DNA of 63,172 nt, filler included, from Octopus bimaculoides (GCF_001194135.2; 6 parts of 6 records of this genome joined end to end with filler, not necessarily neighbours in it), one strand, 5' to 3'; positions 12,905 to 26,939 are shown, numbered from the whole stretch's first letter. A program made the numbers and translations. The notes: a model not told the origin generated them from the sequence alone.

Positions 12905-13125
12905 TGCTGTTATCTATAGAAATAGGTGTTTCTAAGTTTGGTACATGGCCAGGGAATGTTAGCGCGAGTGGGTAGTCGTTCACACCGATGCCACTACTTG
13001 GTTGGTATTTAATTTTATCGACACCGAAAGGATGAAAAGCAAAGATGGCCTCGGTGGTATTTGAGTAAAGAGCCGAAGTAAACGCTACTGAGCATTTTGC
13101 CTGATTCTTTGACGATTCTGCATTT
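12905..13125 (-). mobile_element. Diverged SINE family A
   Basis: ttttatcgacaccgaaaggatgaaaagcaaagatggcctcggtgg...gacgattctgc. Confidence 0.65.
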
Positions 13126-14417
13126 TCGATTAAATGTGCTGTCAGACATTGTCTAGATAAATGACAATGCCCTTACAATTAGCAGGTGCTGAGCGCTTCA
13201 GGTGGATCAATGCATTTAATTCTTCCAACTAGTGACAGTACGAATCTGAATTGCTGAGTCTCTCTGTGGAAAGAACCACGTAAAGGACAAGATCTTCTTC
13301 AAATCTACTTCTATAATATTCGATGCCAAAGGGTAGAAAAAATGAAAACTAGGGATTCTCTAAATTTTAGAAAATATAACCCAATGAAAGGATAATCCTC
13401 AAATTCAGGAATGGCTAAAAATAAGTGCATAAAACAAAATTCTGTACCAGTATGGAACGAAATTTCCTTAATTATTAAAGAACCACAATAGAAACATCAA
13501 AGGACCCAAGAAGAAGCACAATGCCTGCTTAAAACCTAATCAGTAAGTTGTGCACTGAAATCAGCGTAACAAAGCTATTTTTATTGAATGTAGTTATTAA
13601 AATACTGTACAAATATATGATTAAATATACTAATCATGCAAAATTTTAGTGAGGTTCATAACGCCTGCTCAAGTGTTTACCAAACTTGGTGTGCTGACTC
13701 AATGCAATGCAGAAATGGTATATCTGAAATTTCAGCTTTCAAGTTGAAATAATTTCGGAGTTATGGGCTTTTAAATCCATAATAACTTGGCGGCACTAGA
13801 TTCACACTTTAGGATTTCCGCTGCCTAAATCCTTGTAAACGCAAGAGAGATGTGGAATAAAAGTGTATTTAGACATTTTAAAGATTACTGTATTGAAATG
13901 GTTATATGCAAAGGTTCAAAACTAGGCTATTTTAATGAGAGGCCACTACAAGCATTCGATAACATACAAAATTTTAAAAATCACTTATTTATAACTTTAT
14001 AGGTTTAATTCCACTAGGTCACAAATAATAATATTTAAAAATACACGTGTCTGTATGCATTGTTTCTGTATACGAATTTTGATAATACGATTTCTTTGAC
14101 AAATTACCATCGACACAGTTTTATTGAAGTAACATTATTGACAGTAAGCCAATCGTGTATTCTTGTTGATAATTCATTCACAGACATACTTGAGATATTG
14201 GCATCGTATAAGTTAGAAACGTCATTAAATGAAGACAACAATTGGCTTTAGTTCTGAAATAACTACTTCTTAACATACGGTCGGTAATTAGACAGAACTA
14301 GATTAAATAGAATGGATTGATTAACTTGTTCGATTGCCAAACAGAATTAATGCTTCAAGATCAAAATGTTTGTTTTTTCACTGCAGTTTCACTGCAGTGA
14401 TACAATTATTCAAATTC

Positions 14418-14465
14418 GCAATTCAGCTATTCCGCAATTCAGCAATTCCGCAATTCTGCAAATGC
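14418..14465 (+). repeat. 8-bp tandem repeat (gcaattcN) x6
   Basis: gcaattca gctattcc gcaattca gcaattcc gcaattct gcaaatgc. Confidence 0.7.
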
Positions 14466-14549
14466 TACGCAGGATACATGTCAGATATCGTGAAGTAATC
14501 TTCGTTTGATGACATGCTAGGATATTTCTGTTAATATTATTTTAATTAG

Positions 14550-14766
14550 AGCGGCGAGCTGGCAGAAACGTTAGCAGGCCGGGCGAAATGCTTAGCGGTA
14601 TTTCGTCTTCCGTTACGTTCTGAGTTCAAATTACGCCGAGGTCAGCTTTCCCTTTCATCCTTTCGGATGTCGATAAATTAAGTACCAGTTGTGTAACGGG
14701 GTTGATCTAATCGACTGGCCCCGCTCCACAAAATTTTCGAGCCTTGTGCCTAGAGTAGAAAAGAAT
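14550..14766 (+). mobile_element. SINE family A, near full length
   Basis: gcggcgagctggcagaa...gttctgagttcaaattacgccgaggtc...catcctttcgg...gcctagagtagaaaagaat. Confidence 0.9.
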
Positions 14767-14858
14767 ATTATCTTAATTACGCTCAACTATCTACAATCTA
14801 ATAATAAAAGTATTTTCAAAGGAGTACATTATTTGCATATCTGACTATGTGCCGTTAT

Positions 14859-14913
14859 ACTTTTCTATCACGGAACAGTACATTATATCTATCTGTCTAT
14901 CTATCTATCTATG

Positions 14914-14987
<74 letters not shown>

Positions 14988-15322
14988 CGTGTTGTGAGAT
15001 ATCGATAAACGTCGTTAAATTGTGGTTATGCTGTTAATGTTCCTATCCAAGTTAGTTATAACCGTGAGACAAGCTCATATAAACTAAAATACTGTACACA
15101 AAAGCGAGTACACACTCACTCATTCTCCCACAGGCTCATGTGCCGTTATACTTGAGCCTGTGGGAGAATGAGTGAGTGTGTACTCGCTTTTGTGTACAGT
15201 ATTTTAGTTTATATGAGCTTGTCTCACGGTTATAACTAACTTGGATAGGAACATTAACAGCATAACCACAATTTAACGACGTTTATCGATATCTCACAAC
15301 ACGTAATTATATATATATATAT

Positions 15323-15369
<47 letters not shown>

Positions 15370-15424
15370 CATAGATAGATAGATAGACAGATAGATATAA
15401 TGTACTGTTCCGTGATAGAAAAGT
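14859..15424. repeat. Inverted duplication (arms 14859-15138 and 15153-15424, 14-nt loop)
   Basis: Arms identical except microsatellite length; loop tgtgccgttatact duplicates 14848-14861. Confidence 0.95.
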
Positions 15425-16159
15425 CAACAAAAAAAATGTATTTTATCATCCACCTATTTTAAACGGCACAGTACATGCATTTAAGCGCTATTAATAGCTT
15501 CATATGTTGAGAAACGTTCTTCCCGATGGCATGTAAATCACACAGACACATTTGCTAGGCCCAGTTTAGCAGCAGAGATTCTAAGGTATCTAGATACATA
15601 CGGACCATTACAAATAGTAGGTTAACTTTATGATTCGGTTAGAATCGATACACAAATATTGGAACAAGCCCCGTTCCCACTGTGCAGCTGCGTCTTACTG
15701 TTCTCACACATTCCTCTGTTTCATCTCTAATAACTCTGACTAAATCCATATAAAAAGAGCTCTGAGATAACGAGAAAAAAATACTCCTTATGGATTTCTT
15801 TTGTTATGAAACTAATCTTATACATTCGTGTATTTAATTATGGAAAACTTATTATCGGGTTATATACAGGCCTGTGATATATTTAATTTCTAATTCTTAT
15901 CTTACTTATAATATTATTTTATTTAATTATAGTTTACAATATTGTAATGCGGCATAACATTATATGATCTTAAACCACAAACGTATTTATATAATATAAT
16001 CGATTATGCTATTAAGGACGTTTAAGGTTTTACTATAAATTTAATTATTGAATTTAATGGTTTTAAATCGATAGATTAAAGATAACATCTCTAGGCCTGC
16101 ATTGCCATAACGTAAAATGTATTTATAGTAATTCAATATGATAGGTTCCAATCAGGCAA

Positions 16160-16277
16160 CAATAACAGGTTCTTTGTTGCCCTTAGATGTCCGAGTCCGC
16201 ATGTGCACGACACTGGAGGTATCAGTGGGAACGGATCATCAGCCCACATTGATCATGGCTCTGTCCTTTGCCAACAC
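16160..16277 (+). pseudogene. Decayed 18S rRNA fragment with internal deletion
   Basis: caataacaggttctttgttgcccttagatgtccg...acactg and cggatcatcagcccacattgatcatggctctgtcctttgccaacac match conserved 3' 18S segments GCAATAACAGGTCTGTGATGCCCTTAGATGT and GTTGATTACGTCCCTGCCCTTTGTACACAC. Confidence 0.8.
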
Positions 16278-16391
16278 GTGTTTTTCTATATTTTAAAATA
16301 TAATTAAATTCTAACTAATTCTAATATATTTCTGCATTTTCAACTTCATTTATCCTCTTCTTACGATTGTTTCAATTAATAAGAAGTTATA

Positions 16392-16459
<68 letters not shown>

Positions 16460-16979
16460 AGGAACGCTAGAGAGAGAGAGAGAGAGGGAGTGAAACAGAA
16501 GGAGAGAGATATTAGATGCGTAAAATATCTCAGTATATGAATAATTCAATACGAATTACGAGAAGCGAGCAGGTGAAACATTCAGTTGGAGAAAAGAAAA
16601 CTCTTAAGATGTGCAACAGCTAATTGTAAGCTAAACAGAATGAATTATCATTTACAGACTGCTCAACTTTGAACTGGAGGAAAATTACTGGAATCGTCAA
16701 AAGTTGTAAAGCTTGGAACATACTTAAACAGAAGAAGTGCAGAAAAACGCTTATGATAAACAGGAAGAGACAAGGTTAACAGAAATAATTGAAAGAAGTT
16801 AATAGGAAAAATAAAAAAGAAATTTATTGGAAGGCTACACGTGGATGGTTTAAAAGTTTCTGATATGAAAAATACAGGTTAATATGTGTGCATGTATATG
16901 TGTATGTGAGTGAGTGGGTGAGTGAACTAATATGGAATGCTGTGCAAAGGCTCGGGTGTATATTAGACTGAAGCTGAAT

Positions 16980-17420
16980 TTTATATCTATTAATAGAGGC
17001 TATTATATTTCCTAAATCTAGTGTAGTGCAGTAAGACAATTTCACTGACGATTTGTTGAAGATATAGTGATATCTATGATGATGCGGAAAGTTTGATTAC
17101 AAAATTTTAAAAAATAATTTAGGAAAAGATTTAACATGTAGAGAAAAGGGCCGTGCGTACCAAAGGATTCCTCGTTTTCTAGTCTTATAATATTCTGTTA
17201 TATTGGATTGCTCATGAAGAGAACATTAATAATTCCTATAAATTCTGGGTGGCTTATAGTGTGATATTTTGGGTCTTAATATATAGATTGTTGATTCTTT
17301 TTATGACTTTGTTTTATAATCTGTAAGTCGACATACATATGTATTTATTTTTTCACTGTATTTTTAATGTATATATCAGTATATTTATATATTTTATATG
17401 TATATTTTTAATATATTGAT
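16980..17420 (-). mobile_element. Decayed Penelope-like element fragment (RT thumb/linker)
   Basis: Minus-strand IFNKSSVKLSYCTTLDLGNIIASINRYKI resembles the PLE motif IFNRNTVKxSYSCxxNxxxIIxxHN; weaker upstream YVDLQII...IY*DP match. Probably extends further right. Confidence 0.55.
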
Positions 17421-18019
17421 TATTTATATATATCGATTGTTTGATGTATTGAATATACTTTCGGGGAAATTCACGCCTGCTGGGTCAAGGGCTGAAGAAA
17501 TATAGATATGTGATTTGCCTAACTTTGATTCTTCTACATTATTCTAACGCCTAAGGTTTAATATCTTGAGCACTTCAGAGAAGTCTGTAAATCGGAGAAA
17601 ATCTTTGCCCTTATAATCATATATTTATAGCACATATGTAGGTGAATGTTTGTGAGCTGAGTCTGCATGTGTTTAATACTTCAAAAATATCAGCCGTTTA
17701 CTTTATCTTCTCTTCGTGTAATAGCTTCTCTCATCGCTGTAGGTTGTTTGATTTTTAATTGCTGTAGTCTATCTAATGATATTTATTTGCCTGTTCAGAC
17801 GGCTGCAATTTTCATGAGATTTCATAGCAAACTAGACTGATAAAAATTCTTTGTTCTTGTTATTTCAAACGTAATTTATAAATCTATTTCCTTCTTTTCT
17901 TTCTGGTGGAATCAAAAACAAGATCGACATACCAGACAAACTTTTGTGTTTCGAGCTTAGGTTATTGTCTTAGATAGCACTTTCAAATTCATATATATCT
18001 TTTTTCTTTTTTTTGTTTC

Positions 18020-18175
18020 CTTTTATATGTTTCAGTTAATAGATTGCGGCCAAGCTGGTGCATAGGATTGATATATTATTACTGAATTAATCCACTCCAG
18101 TACTGCTGCTTATTCCCGCTATTTTACGTAAACAGATTGGCACCAGTTGTTAAGTAGTGGTGGGGGACAAACTCA
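18020..18175 (-). mobile_element. SINE family B 3' fragment
   Basis: ttcagttaatagattgcggccaagctgg...tggggacaaac. Confidence 0.55.
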
Positions 18176-18426
18176 AAAACACGTAGCTATATATATATAT
18201 ATACACTCCTGTTGCTTATTTTGATTTTATTCACCTTATTTTGAAATTGTACAGATGATACCACACAAATGTTTGATGCCTCAACTCAAGTACCTAATTC
18301 ACCTGAATCTCAATTATTTTGCTATATATAACATACATATATATACATCCATACATATATGTATACATACATACACATACATATATATATGCATATATAC
18401 ATACGTACAGATACGCATATATTTAT

Positions 18427-18496
<70 letters not shown>

Positions 18497-18559
18497 CATT
18501 AATATATAATATATTATACATTAGGATATAGGTTTACGAGGAGGGGGACGAGGTACGTA

Positions 18560-18955
18560 TGCTATCGACTCTGAAAGAATGAAACTCAAAGTCGATCTCG
18601 GCAGAATTTGAACTCAGAACGTAGAGATGAGCAAAATGCCGCTAAGCTTGTCCGGCGTGCTAACGATTCTGCCACTTGGTGTCTTACTGACGGCAACAAC
18701 AAGAAGAATGACAACAACAACAGTGTCCAGGACAATTACAACTGCAACATCAGCAAAACAGCAAGTAAATTTTAAAAATAAACTCTTTCGATTAGAGGCA
18801 CAAAGCGTGAAATTTTAGGGGAGGGTCATAATAAATTACATCGGCACCCAGCATATTACTGGTTTTTATTTTATCTACCCAGAAGCTCTGAAAGGTAAAG
18901 TCGACCTGGACGTAATTTGAATTCAGAACATAAAGATGTGCGAAATCCTGCTAAA
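18560..18955 (-). mobile_element. Two SINE family A copies separated by (ACA)n
   Basis: aaagtcgatctcggcagaatttgaactcagaacgta...ctaacgattctgcc, and aaggtaaagtcgacctggacgtaatttgaattcagaac. Confidence 0.75.
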
Positions 18956-21324
18956 CCAAAACAAACAAAAAAAAAGTAACCGCAAACAATAATAACAAGA
19001 ACAAAAGCAAAAATTACAACGCCGGCGACAATAACAACTGCAACATCAATAAAAGTAATTACAAGTAACAATAACAGAAAAACAAAAGCAATGCTAAGAA
19101 AATCGATAGCGTAGACAACAATGACAACAAAATCGATTTAGGCGCTTCTCTGTGACCGCCATAAAAGCCAGCAAAATATCTATCAGATACGAAACGGCAA
19201 ATTGTTCTACTTAAATGCAAATTTTATCTGAAAGCAGAAGTGCTTTATGCAGAAACTAATATTCTTGAAAGAGTCACCCAGCCTGAAGTACATTCTTGTT
19301 ACACAGTAGGTTACATTAATTGGAGATATATTGTAGCATTTCTTTCTTCCGTTTTGTCTATAGTTCTGTGAAAATTGATACAATTAGATATTCAGTGATG
19401 TAAATGGTAGGAAATTGGTAATGGTTGTTTTTTCTTTCGGCTTCGGTAACAAGCATGGATGTGGCTGCCTTTTGGTATCCTAACGTGGTTGGTTAGAACT
19501 GCAGAAAAGTAAATATTCGTAACGCTGAATACATACTTTTGTTTGGTTTCAAGGCTAACAGGTTGAATAAGGTAGCGAAATTCTCGGCTGAGATTCGAAA
19601 CATACCTATCTAATTTACCCAACAAGCATAGCGAAGCAGTGTTCAAATTTAAGCGAACATTAGGCAAGTTAAAATATGGTTATGACATATTTAAACTGGT
19701 GAAGGAAAATTCACTGCAGTTACCATGGAGATCAAATTCTCTATTATGGTGAAAATGTGTATTAGGACTATATCTCTCCAGTGCTGCCACCTGTCAGATT
19801 ACCAGACATAAACGTTTCTAGCTTCTTAGCCGTTACCAATGGGAAATACCGAAGAGAGACAACTCTGGAGAGACTTAATCAAACCGTGGTTTTAACTATA
19901 CATACACACACACACATATATACACATACATATGAAACTACTAGCTAATATAATTCTGTAAAATGAACAGATTTGCCATGAAAGTATAGTAACTACGCGA
20001 ATAAGAGTTGACCAAACAACGCTTGCTGGTTTATATATGACTGAGGCCTGAAATCTAAGAGGAACTGTGAAAGTTTTTTCAAACAAACAGGCTCTAGAAA
20101 CTTCTGGACAGACAGTTATGTACACGCAGGCCAATTTGACTTAGAGTAAGCTTTTATAAGACTCATATATGAAGGTGGTTTCTCCCTGTATTAGAGTCTC
20201 ACATCTCACTCATCCATTTTATTTGCAGGCTTCAACTTATAATGTCAATCAATGAATGTTCCTTATTACTGTGATCCACTCATTTAAATCTCAGTGAGGA
20301 GGGGAGGGGGGAATAAAATAGGGGTTCAGCTGGCATGAATGACAGTCAGCCGTAGGGTTACAGATCTATAGCTATATAGACTGGAGCAAGTACAAATGAA
20401 GTATGAAAGTTCAATCTGTGACGGAGAAAATATTCAGAAATGGAAATCTCTTCAGTGAGATTTTCCTCTAGATAGATGAGATTCTGTGTTGCTGCCGAGC
20501 ATATTAGTGAAGGCGCCCTCACTCACACATAAGCACACATACATATATACACGTATATGCAAAGATATAGACACACACAACGCACACACACACACAACCA
20601 TATATATATATATANNNNNNNNNNNNNNNNNNNNNNNNNNNNNNNNNNNNNNNNNNNNNNNNNNNNNNNNNNNNNNNNNNNNNNNNNNNNNNNNNNNNNN
20701 NNNNNNNNNNNNNNNNNNNNNNNNNNNNNNNNNNNNNNNNNNNNNNNNNNNNNNNNNNNNNNNNNNNNNNNNNNNNNNNNNNNNNNNNNNNNNNNNNNNN
20801 NNNNNNNNNNNNNNNNNNNNNNNNNNNNNNNNNNNNNNNNNNNNNNNNNNNNNNNNNNNNNNNNNNNNNNNNNNNNNNNNNNNNNNNNNNNNNNNNNNNN
20901 NNNNNNNNNNNNNNNNNNNNNNNNNNNNNNNNNNNNNNNNNNNNNNNNNNNNNNNNNNNNNNNNNNNNNNNNNNNNNNNNNNNNNNNNNNNNNNNNNNNN
21001 NATATATATATATATACACACACACATATCTATATAAACATATATACATACATATATATGTGTGTGTATATATATATAAATATATATATATATAAATATA
21101 TACATACATATATATATATATATACACACACATATATATATACATATATATATATATATACATACATATATACATATACATATATACATACATATATACA
21201 CACACATAGATGTGCGTAGGAGTTTCTGTGTATGTATTTGTATAGGTGTACTTGTATATATACATGTGAATGTGCGTGTTGTGTGTGTGTGTGTGTTTGT
21301 GTGTGTGTGTATGTGTGTGTGTGG

Positions 21325-21418
<94 letters not shown>

Positions 21419-23289
21419 GTATGCTTAATCCCCGAAGATTATATTTCACGCTACCTATTTCCATTTCCAAATCACTCGATATTCCCATAATTCCTTGAGG
21501 CCTTCCCCTTTAATCGTATCGTGTCTCACTTTAAACCCATCAGTTTTCCCTGCGGACTTTCACGAGCGCTTCATCGCTGTATCATTGTCTTTATCTGTTT
21601 ATGTCTGTCCGACCAATTGCATCTGCGTACATGTGTGTTAGTCTATGTATGTGAGTGTTTTGATGTCAGTATGTATGCTTGTGTGTGCGTCATTTTTACA
21701 TTCATTTCTTGATTCAAACCATGGTAAAGAGATGCTTTCTATTTCCGTACGAGTATTTCTATAAACTGTAAAATCTCTCAAGACATACGCATGTTATTTC
21801 ATTGTCTCCCGCTTTCTTTCATTTCCATTATATAAAAAAAAAAGTATTAATTTTTCTACATTTTCAAGAATAGATTTAATTTAGTCTCTCGGATTATTAT
21901 AGCATTTTTAAAAGCATTGCTTGAATTATATTTATTGTCTTCAGAATGATAAAGTGGAGAAATGAATGGCCTGCTGGATAACCGTTTTGCTTCCATACTA
22001 TGAGATATCGTGTTCAATCTTACGCTTTACCCTGTATTACGCGGTCGACAGAATGTTGACGGCTCGTTAATGAGTGACACACAAATGCAGAATACATACA
22101 TACATACATGCAAACACACACATACATACATATATACATACACACACATATATACATATATACATATGCACACACACACAGACATACATACACACACATG
22201 CATACATACACACACACACAGACACACATGCGCAAAAACAAACAAAAGCAAAAACAGAACGCGGCGTAAATAACGGACAGAGTCAAGACTCTTGAAAAGG
22301 TTGCAAGACGCAACGAAAATTTTAGGAAAATAAAAATAGGAAATAAGTGGAAATTTTACCGGTGAGTGTGTTAAATTTTAAGGCACAATAAGAAAATGAC
22401 TCTCCCCAGACACAACAGTATATATATACATACATACATNNNNNNNNNNNNNNNNNNNNNNNNNNNNNNNNNNNNNNNNNNNNNNNNNNNNNNNNNNNNN
22501 NNNNNNNNNNNNNNNNNNNNNNNNNNNNNNNNNNNNNNNNNNNNNNNNNNNNNNNNNNNNNNNNNNNNNNNNNNNNNNNNNNNNNNNNNNNNNNNNNNNN
22601 NNNNNNNNNNNNNNNNNNNNNNNNNNNNNNNNNNNNNNNNNNNNNNNNNNNNNNNNNNNNNNNNNNNNNNNNNNNNNNNNNNNNNNNNNNNNNNNNNNNN
22701 NNNNNNNNNNNNNNNNNNNNNNNNNNNNNNNNNNNNNNNNNNNNNNNNNNNNNNNNNNNNNNNNNNNNNNNNNNNNNNNNNNNNNNNNNNNNNNNNNNNN
22801 NNNNNNNNNNNNNNNNNNNNNNNNNNNNNNNNNTATATATATATATATATATATATGCAAAATATGGGAGTTTAGTTCACAGGTGATCTAAACGATTAGG
22901 TACGCTGGGTACGTGTTGTAACAGACTACTAAGGCTCCAAGGTTATAGCTGAGGCGGTAGTTATGGGATCATTGCATATTTCCGATATAGTAGATATGTA
23001 ATTGTCAAAGGGGACAACAGACGTTAAGGCAAGGCAAACATCTCGAGTCATATACATCGTTATTATTCAAAGTCTTCCAGCTGTTTCTGAGATATCCCAG
23101 AGTATGGGATATTTTGTCATCGGAGACAAATATGGAAAATGAGCAGGGTATAGATTAAGGAAATGACGACACAGGGGACAGGAGTAAAAGAATAAGGAGA
23201 TGAGGAAAGAGAAGAAAAAGAAGCATGAAAGTTCACAGTTCAACTTTCTGATCTTGTAAAAATAAGTCCTTAGGTGAAACCGAAAGAAG

Positions 23290-23480
23290 CCTGTCACCCA
23301 TGTGCATTTGTATATACCTATGTGTATGTCATTGTGTATGTTTGCCACCACCCCCCACCACCACCACCATTATTGTTGGTGTATTGATGTTCACGTAACG
23401 TACTGTTTCTTCAAAAGAGAAGCTAGAATAAGATCTAGGTTTTAAAAAATAATTCGTGGCGTCGATTTGTTCGACTAAAT
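23290..23480 (+). mobile_element. SINE family B middle/3' fragment
   Basis: gaagcctgtc...gttggtgtattgatgttcacgtaacg...gtggcgtcgatttgttcgactaaa. Confidence 0.6.
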
Positions 23481-24650
23481 CCCTACATATATGTCGGAAG
23501 TGTATGTGCGTCTATCTCCCGTACTACCTCTATAACAGATCTATTTCTATTTTCTCTTGTAGCTACTTTCGTTACAGTGGGCCCAGCCCTCATTGCAGAA
23601 GTTGGAATATAAGTTCTCATTAATGTGGACATTATTCTACTTCCTTTATACTGAACATATTTTGTTGAAATCCACTCATTCTAAACATACATACCTACGT
23701 TTCTCATAACGATTTCATTTATTTCAAGCTATATCAGCCCATCTGTTCTTTCTGTTTTTTGCTTGCTTTTTCCTTTTTCTATTCATATACTTCATTAATT
23801 CAATCGTCCATAGAATTGTATATATATGTATATNNNNNNNNNNNNNNNNNNNNNNNNNNNNNNNNNNNNNNNNNNNNNNNNNNNNNNNNNNNNNNNNNNN
23901 NNNNNNNNNNNNNNNNNNNNNNNNNNNNNNNNNNNNNNNNNNNNNNNNNNNNNNNNNNNNNNNNNNNNNNNNNNNNNNNNNNNNNNNNNNNNNNNNNNNN
24001 NNNNNNNNNNNNNNNNNNNNNNNNNNNNNNNNNNNNNNNNNNNNNNNNNNNNNNNNNNNNNNNNNNNNNNNNNNNNNNNNNNNNNNNNNNNNNNNNNNNN
24101 NNGTGATATATGTATATATATCTAAAATTCTCTGCTGATATGAAATAAATTTTAAATATTATCTCCTTATTAACTTGTTTTCTAGAAATTTCAATACGAA
24201 AATCAAAATCCTCTATACACTTAGGATATCGTTAAATTCAGTCCTTCAGGAGATCATATTGAATTTTCATCAAATTTAATTATATTAATATTAAGTTTAT
24301 GAGTTTGAATGAAACCTTATATATTTTATACGACGGCCGCTGTCGTTAAAATCGTATACAATCTACGAATTTTTATGGTTGTTTGTGCCATAAAAACTTG
24401 TTTCAATTCTAATAAATAAAAGAGAATTAATTCTAAAATATTGGAATGTTATTTAAGGAATACCTTATGATGTTGTACACAACATCAGAAAGCTGCTGTA
24501 ATATGTGTGTATGTATGTTTCCGTGAATGCGTGTACGAATATATGTGCATATATATGTAATCTTTGGTATATATACACACACACACATATACTTATATAT
24601 GTTCGAAAATGTCCAATTATGACAACTTACTGATTGTACTATATTATGCT

Positions 24651-24692
<42 letters not shown>

Positions 24693-24792
24693 NNNNNNNN
24701 NNNNNNNNNNNNNNNNNNNNNNNNNNNNNNNNNNNNTTAATTAATTAANNNNNNNNNNNNNNNNNNNNNNNNNNNNNNNNNNNNNNNNNNNN
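24693..24792. other. Artificial 100-nt scaffold spacer (44 N + TTAATTAATTAA + 44 N); also at 30167-30266, 32417-32516, 58173-58272 and 60681-60780
   Basis: Identical layout five times; the palindromic 12-mer has stop codons in all six frames. Confidence 0.95.
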
Positions 24793-24967
24793 GATATCTT
24801 TGTTTAAAATTAATAGAACTCCCTATGTATACCATTTTATGTGAATTATTAATTTTTGTGACTATGCATTTATATACTATATTAAGTCTTTTACAATTGC
24901 CTTGTAAAGGACATATTTTTTAATTTTTACATGAGCAATTATTATTGTTTTTATATTTCTGTTGTGG

Positions 24968-25028
<61 letters not shown>

Positions 25029-25916
25029 TAATAATAATAATAATTATTATTATTATTTGTGATGTATAAGGTATTACTTATTGAATTTGTTGTAGTGTTT
25101 ATTATCTTGGAATTATATGTGTTTGTTGCTTGTGATTTATTGTTTTTATTTTAATATTTTAATATTTTAATTAATATCATCCTATAGCATATTTTATTAT
25201 GTATACCATTCGTTTTCACATATATAATAATAACTTTATACATCTCTGAAGAGCGGAATTACTGCAAATATGCTTGTCTATATTAGATTAGATTATAAAG
25301 GCAATAATATCCGTGAAACGATCGTAAGATGCATTTTAGACTTTCATAATATTTTAATCGAATTATATTTATACTCACTTACGCATACATTTTTATATAC
25401 ATTTATGTACGCATATATTTTTATATACATTTATATTTTTTATATACACTATAATAGACGAAATATTCGGAATTACGATTCTTCTATATAACATATAACA
25501 TTTAATTAACAATATGACTAATTAATCTTTTATATACAAATCGAGAAGAATTCTAGTGGTGTGCTCTGATCTATTTCTCCTGTATTTAATCAGAACGTAA
25601 GCACGAACGAAATTCCTCTAAGTATATTTCATCGAGCTAGCGATTCTTTTCACACACGCCGCCGCCTTTAGAATTCTTCATTATTAAAATAATTACAGAA
25701 TATAATCAGTAAGTGCTATATATAATGTTTCATGTGTTTTTGTTTGTTTTCTTGTCATTCCTTTTTTATTGCTTCATTGTTTTTTGTCTCCTTTATGTAT
25801 TAAAAATATCCATCGCTACAGTGATGAGCCATATCAAGTGTCTCACTGAAGAAATGTGTGTTCCAGTCGTCATGATCCTGTATCTTATTTCAGATGGTGT
25901 TATCATAAATACATTC

Positions 25917-25986
25917 TCCTCCATTTAATACGTTATCCTCCATTTAATACATTATCCTCTATTTGATACATTATCCTCTACTTAAT
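25917..25986 (+). repeat. 19-bp tandem repeat, 3 copies plus a partial fourth
   Basis: Unit tcctccatttaatacatta. Confidence 0.8.
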
Positions 25987-25989
25987 CAA

Positions 25990-26800
25990 GTATCTGTTGA
26001 GTGCTTCATGGGTATTTTGTGTATTTCTACACGAAACATTGGTAAATGGATATCTAATTTTTCCATATATATTTTAATATCTCTTTTAGATGTCGCTCCT
26101 TTACACCAGGAGACAGGTTTGAGTAAAATGACTCTAAGGTAAGAACAACGTATGTACATCTCTTGCAAATGTAATAAAGCTTTGGCGGGAAGTTGGCAGA
26201 ATCGTTCGTACTCTGGATGTAGAAGCTGAAGCGTTGCAGCAGTTGTCCAGTGTTATCGCCCGCCTCTTTGGTTTTCAAAGAGATATTCATGCGAGCAAGA
26301 CCGGAGACCTCTATGACAGTTTATTCATTTTCTTGCTTACCCCAAGTTATGTTGTCCGAGCGGTTATTTTTACATTGACAGATATTCTGATGTTAATATT
26401 CCACCAGTATTCATTGTGTTGATGTCTATGTATGTATTTAACAACAGGGTTTCTTTATATACATTTCAGGACAATCTTACTACCAGAATGGCATTGTATA
26501 TTGTGTTGGCGACAATGTCGTGTCGCATAGGGCGGTAGTACCTTGATATTATTTGGTAGCTGTTAATCCCATGTGTGAGGTCTTCAAAAGTAATAGGATA
26601 TAATGGGGAATAGAATGCCCACAATTAAGCCATATTGTTGCAAGTTTCCAACGGTTTTTCTTTTGTTCACTTCAAACAGTTGAGTTTTGTTTATGAAAAG
26701 CTGTTCCGGCCATCCCCACACTCGCTTCTTTTCACCTTCCTGCTCATCAATCATCATGTCGTTGGACACGAAATGGTAATGGAGGAATTGTTTATGGCAG
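25990..26800 (-). mobile_element. Decayed R4/R2-group (REL) non-LTR retrotransposon 3' region
   Basis: Minus strand with stops and frameshifts: FEDLTHGINSYQIISRYYRPMRHDIVANTIYNAI, EYWWNINI, NRSDNITWGKQE..TVIEVS..MNISLKTKE..LQLLHPEY. Confidence 0.75.
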
Positions 26801-26939
26801 CGTTGAGTTTGTGCATAATGTTTGGGCAAGAAATGAGCCAATAGTTTTCTGTGAACTTTGTGGTTTCATTCGGGGCTTCAGGCTACGTTGTGTGTCAATG
26901 TGACCTTCCATGGAGCTTTTGAATATACTAAAAAGGGCA

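Noticed and set aside
13330-13600. Possible Penelope linker remnant (LLKNHNRNI...CLKPN)
   Set aside because: Too degenerate to support without a profile search.
24737-24748. Recurrent TTAATTAATTAA palindromes (five sites)
   Set aside because: Always centred in 44 N + 44 N; an assembly spacer, not biology.
26138-26560. Protein-like plus-strand frames (ANVIKLWREVGRIVRTLDVEAE...; GQSYYQNGIVYCVGDNVVS, superficially BAH/GATAD1-like) with apparent splice sites
   Set aside because: The minus strand carries ordered REL retrotransposon motifs (EDLTH..RHDIVA..NRSD..EVS), so these are antisense shadows.
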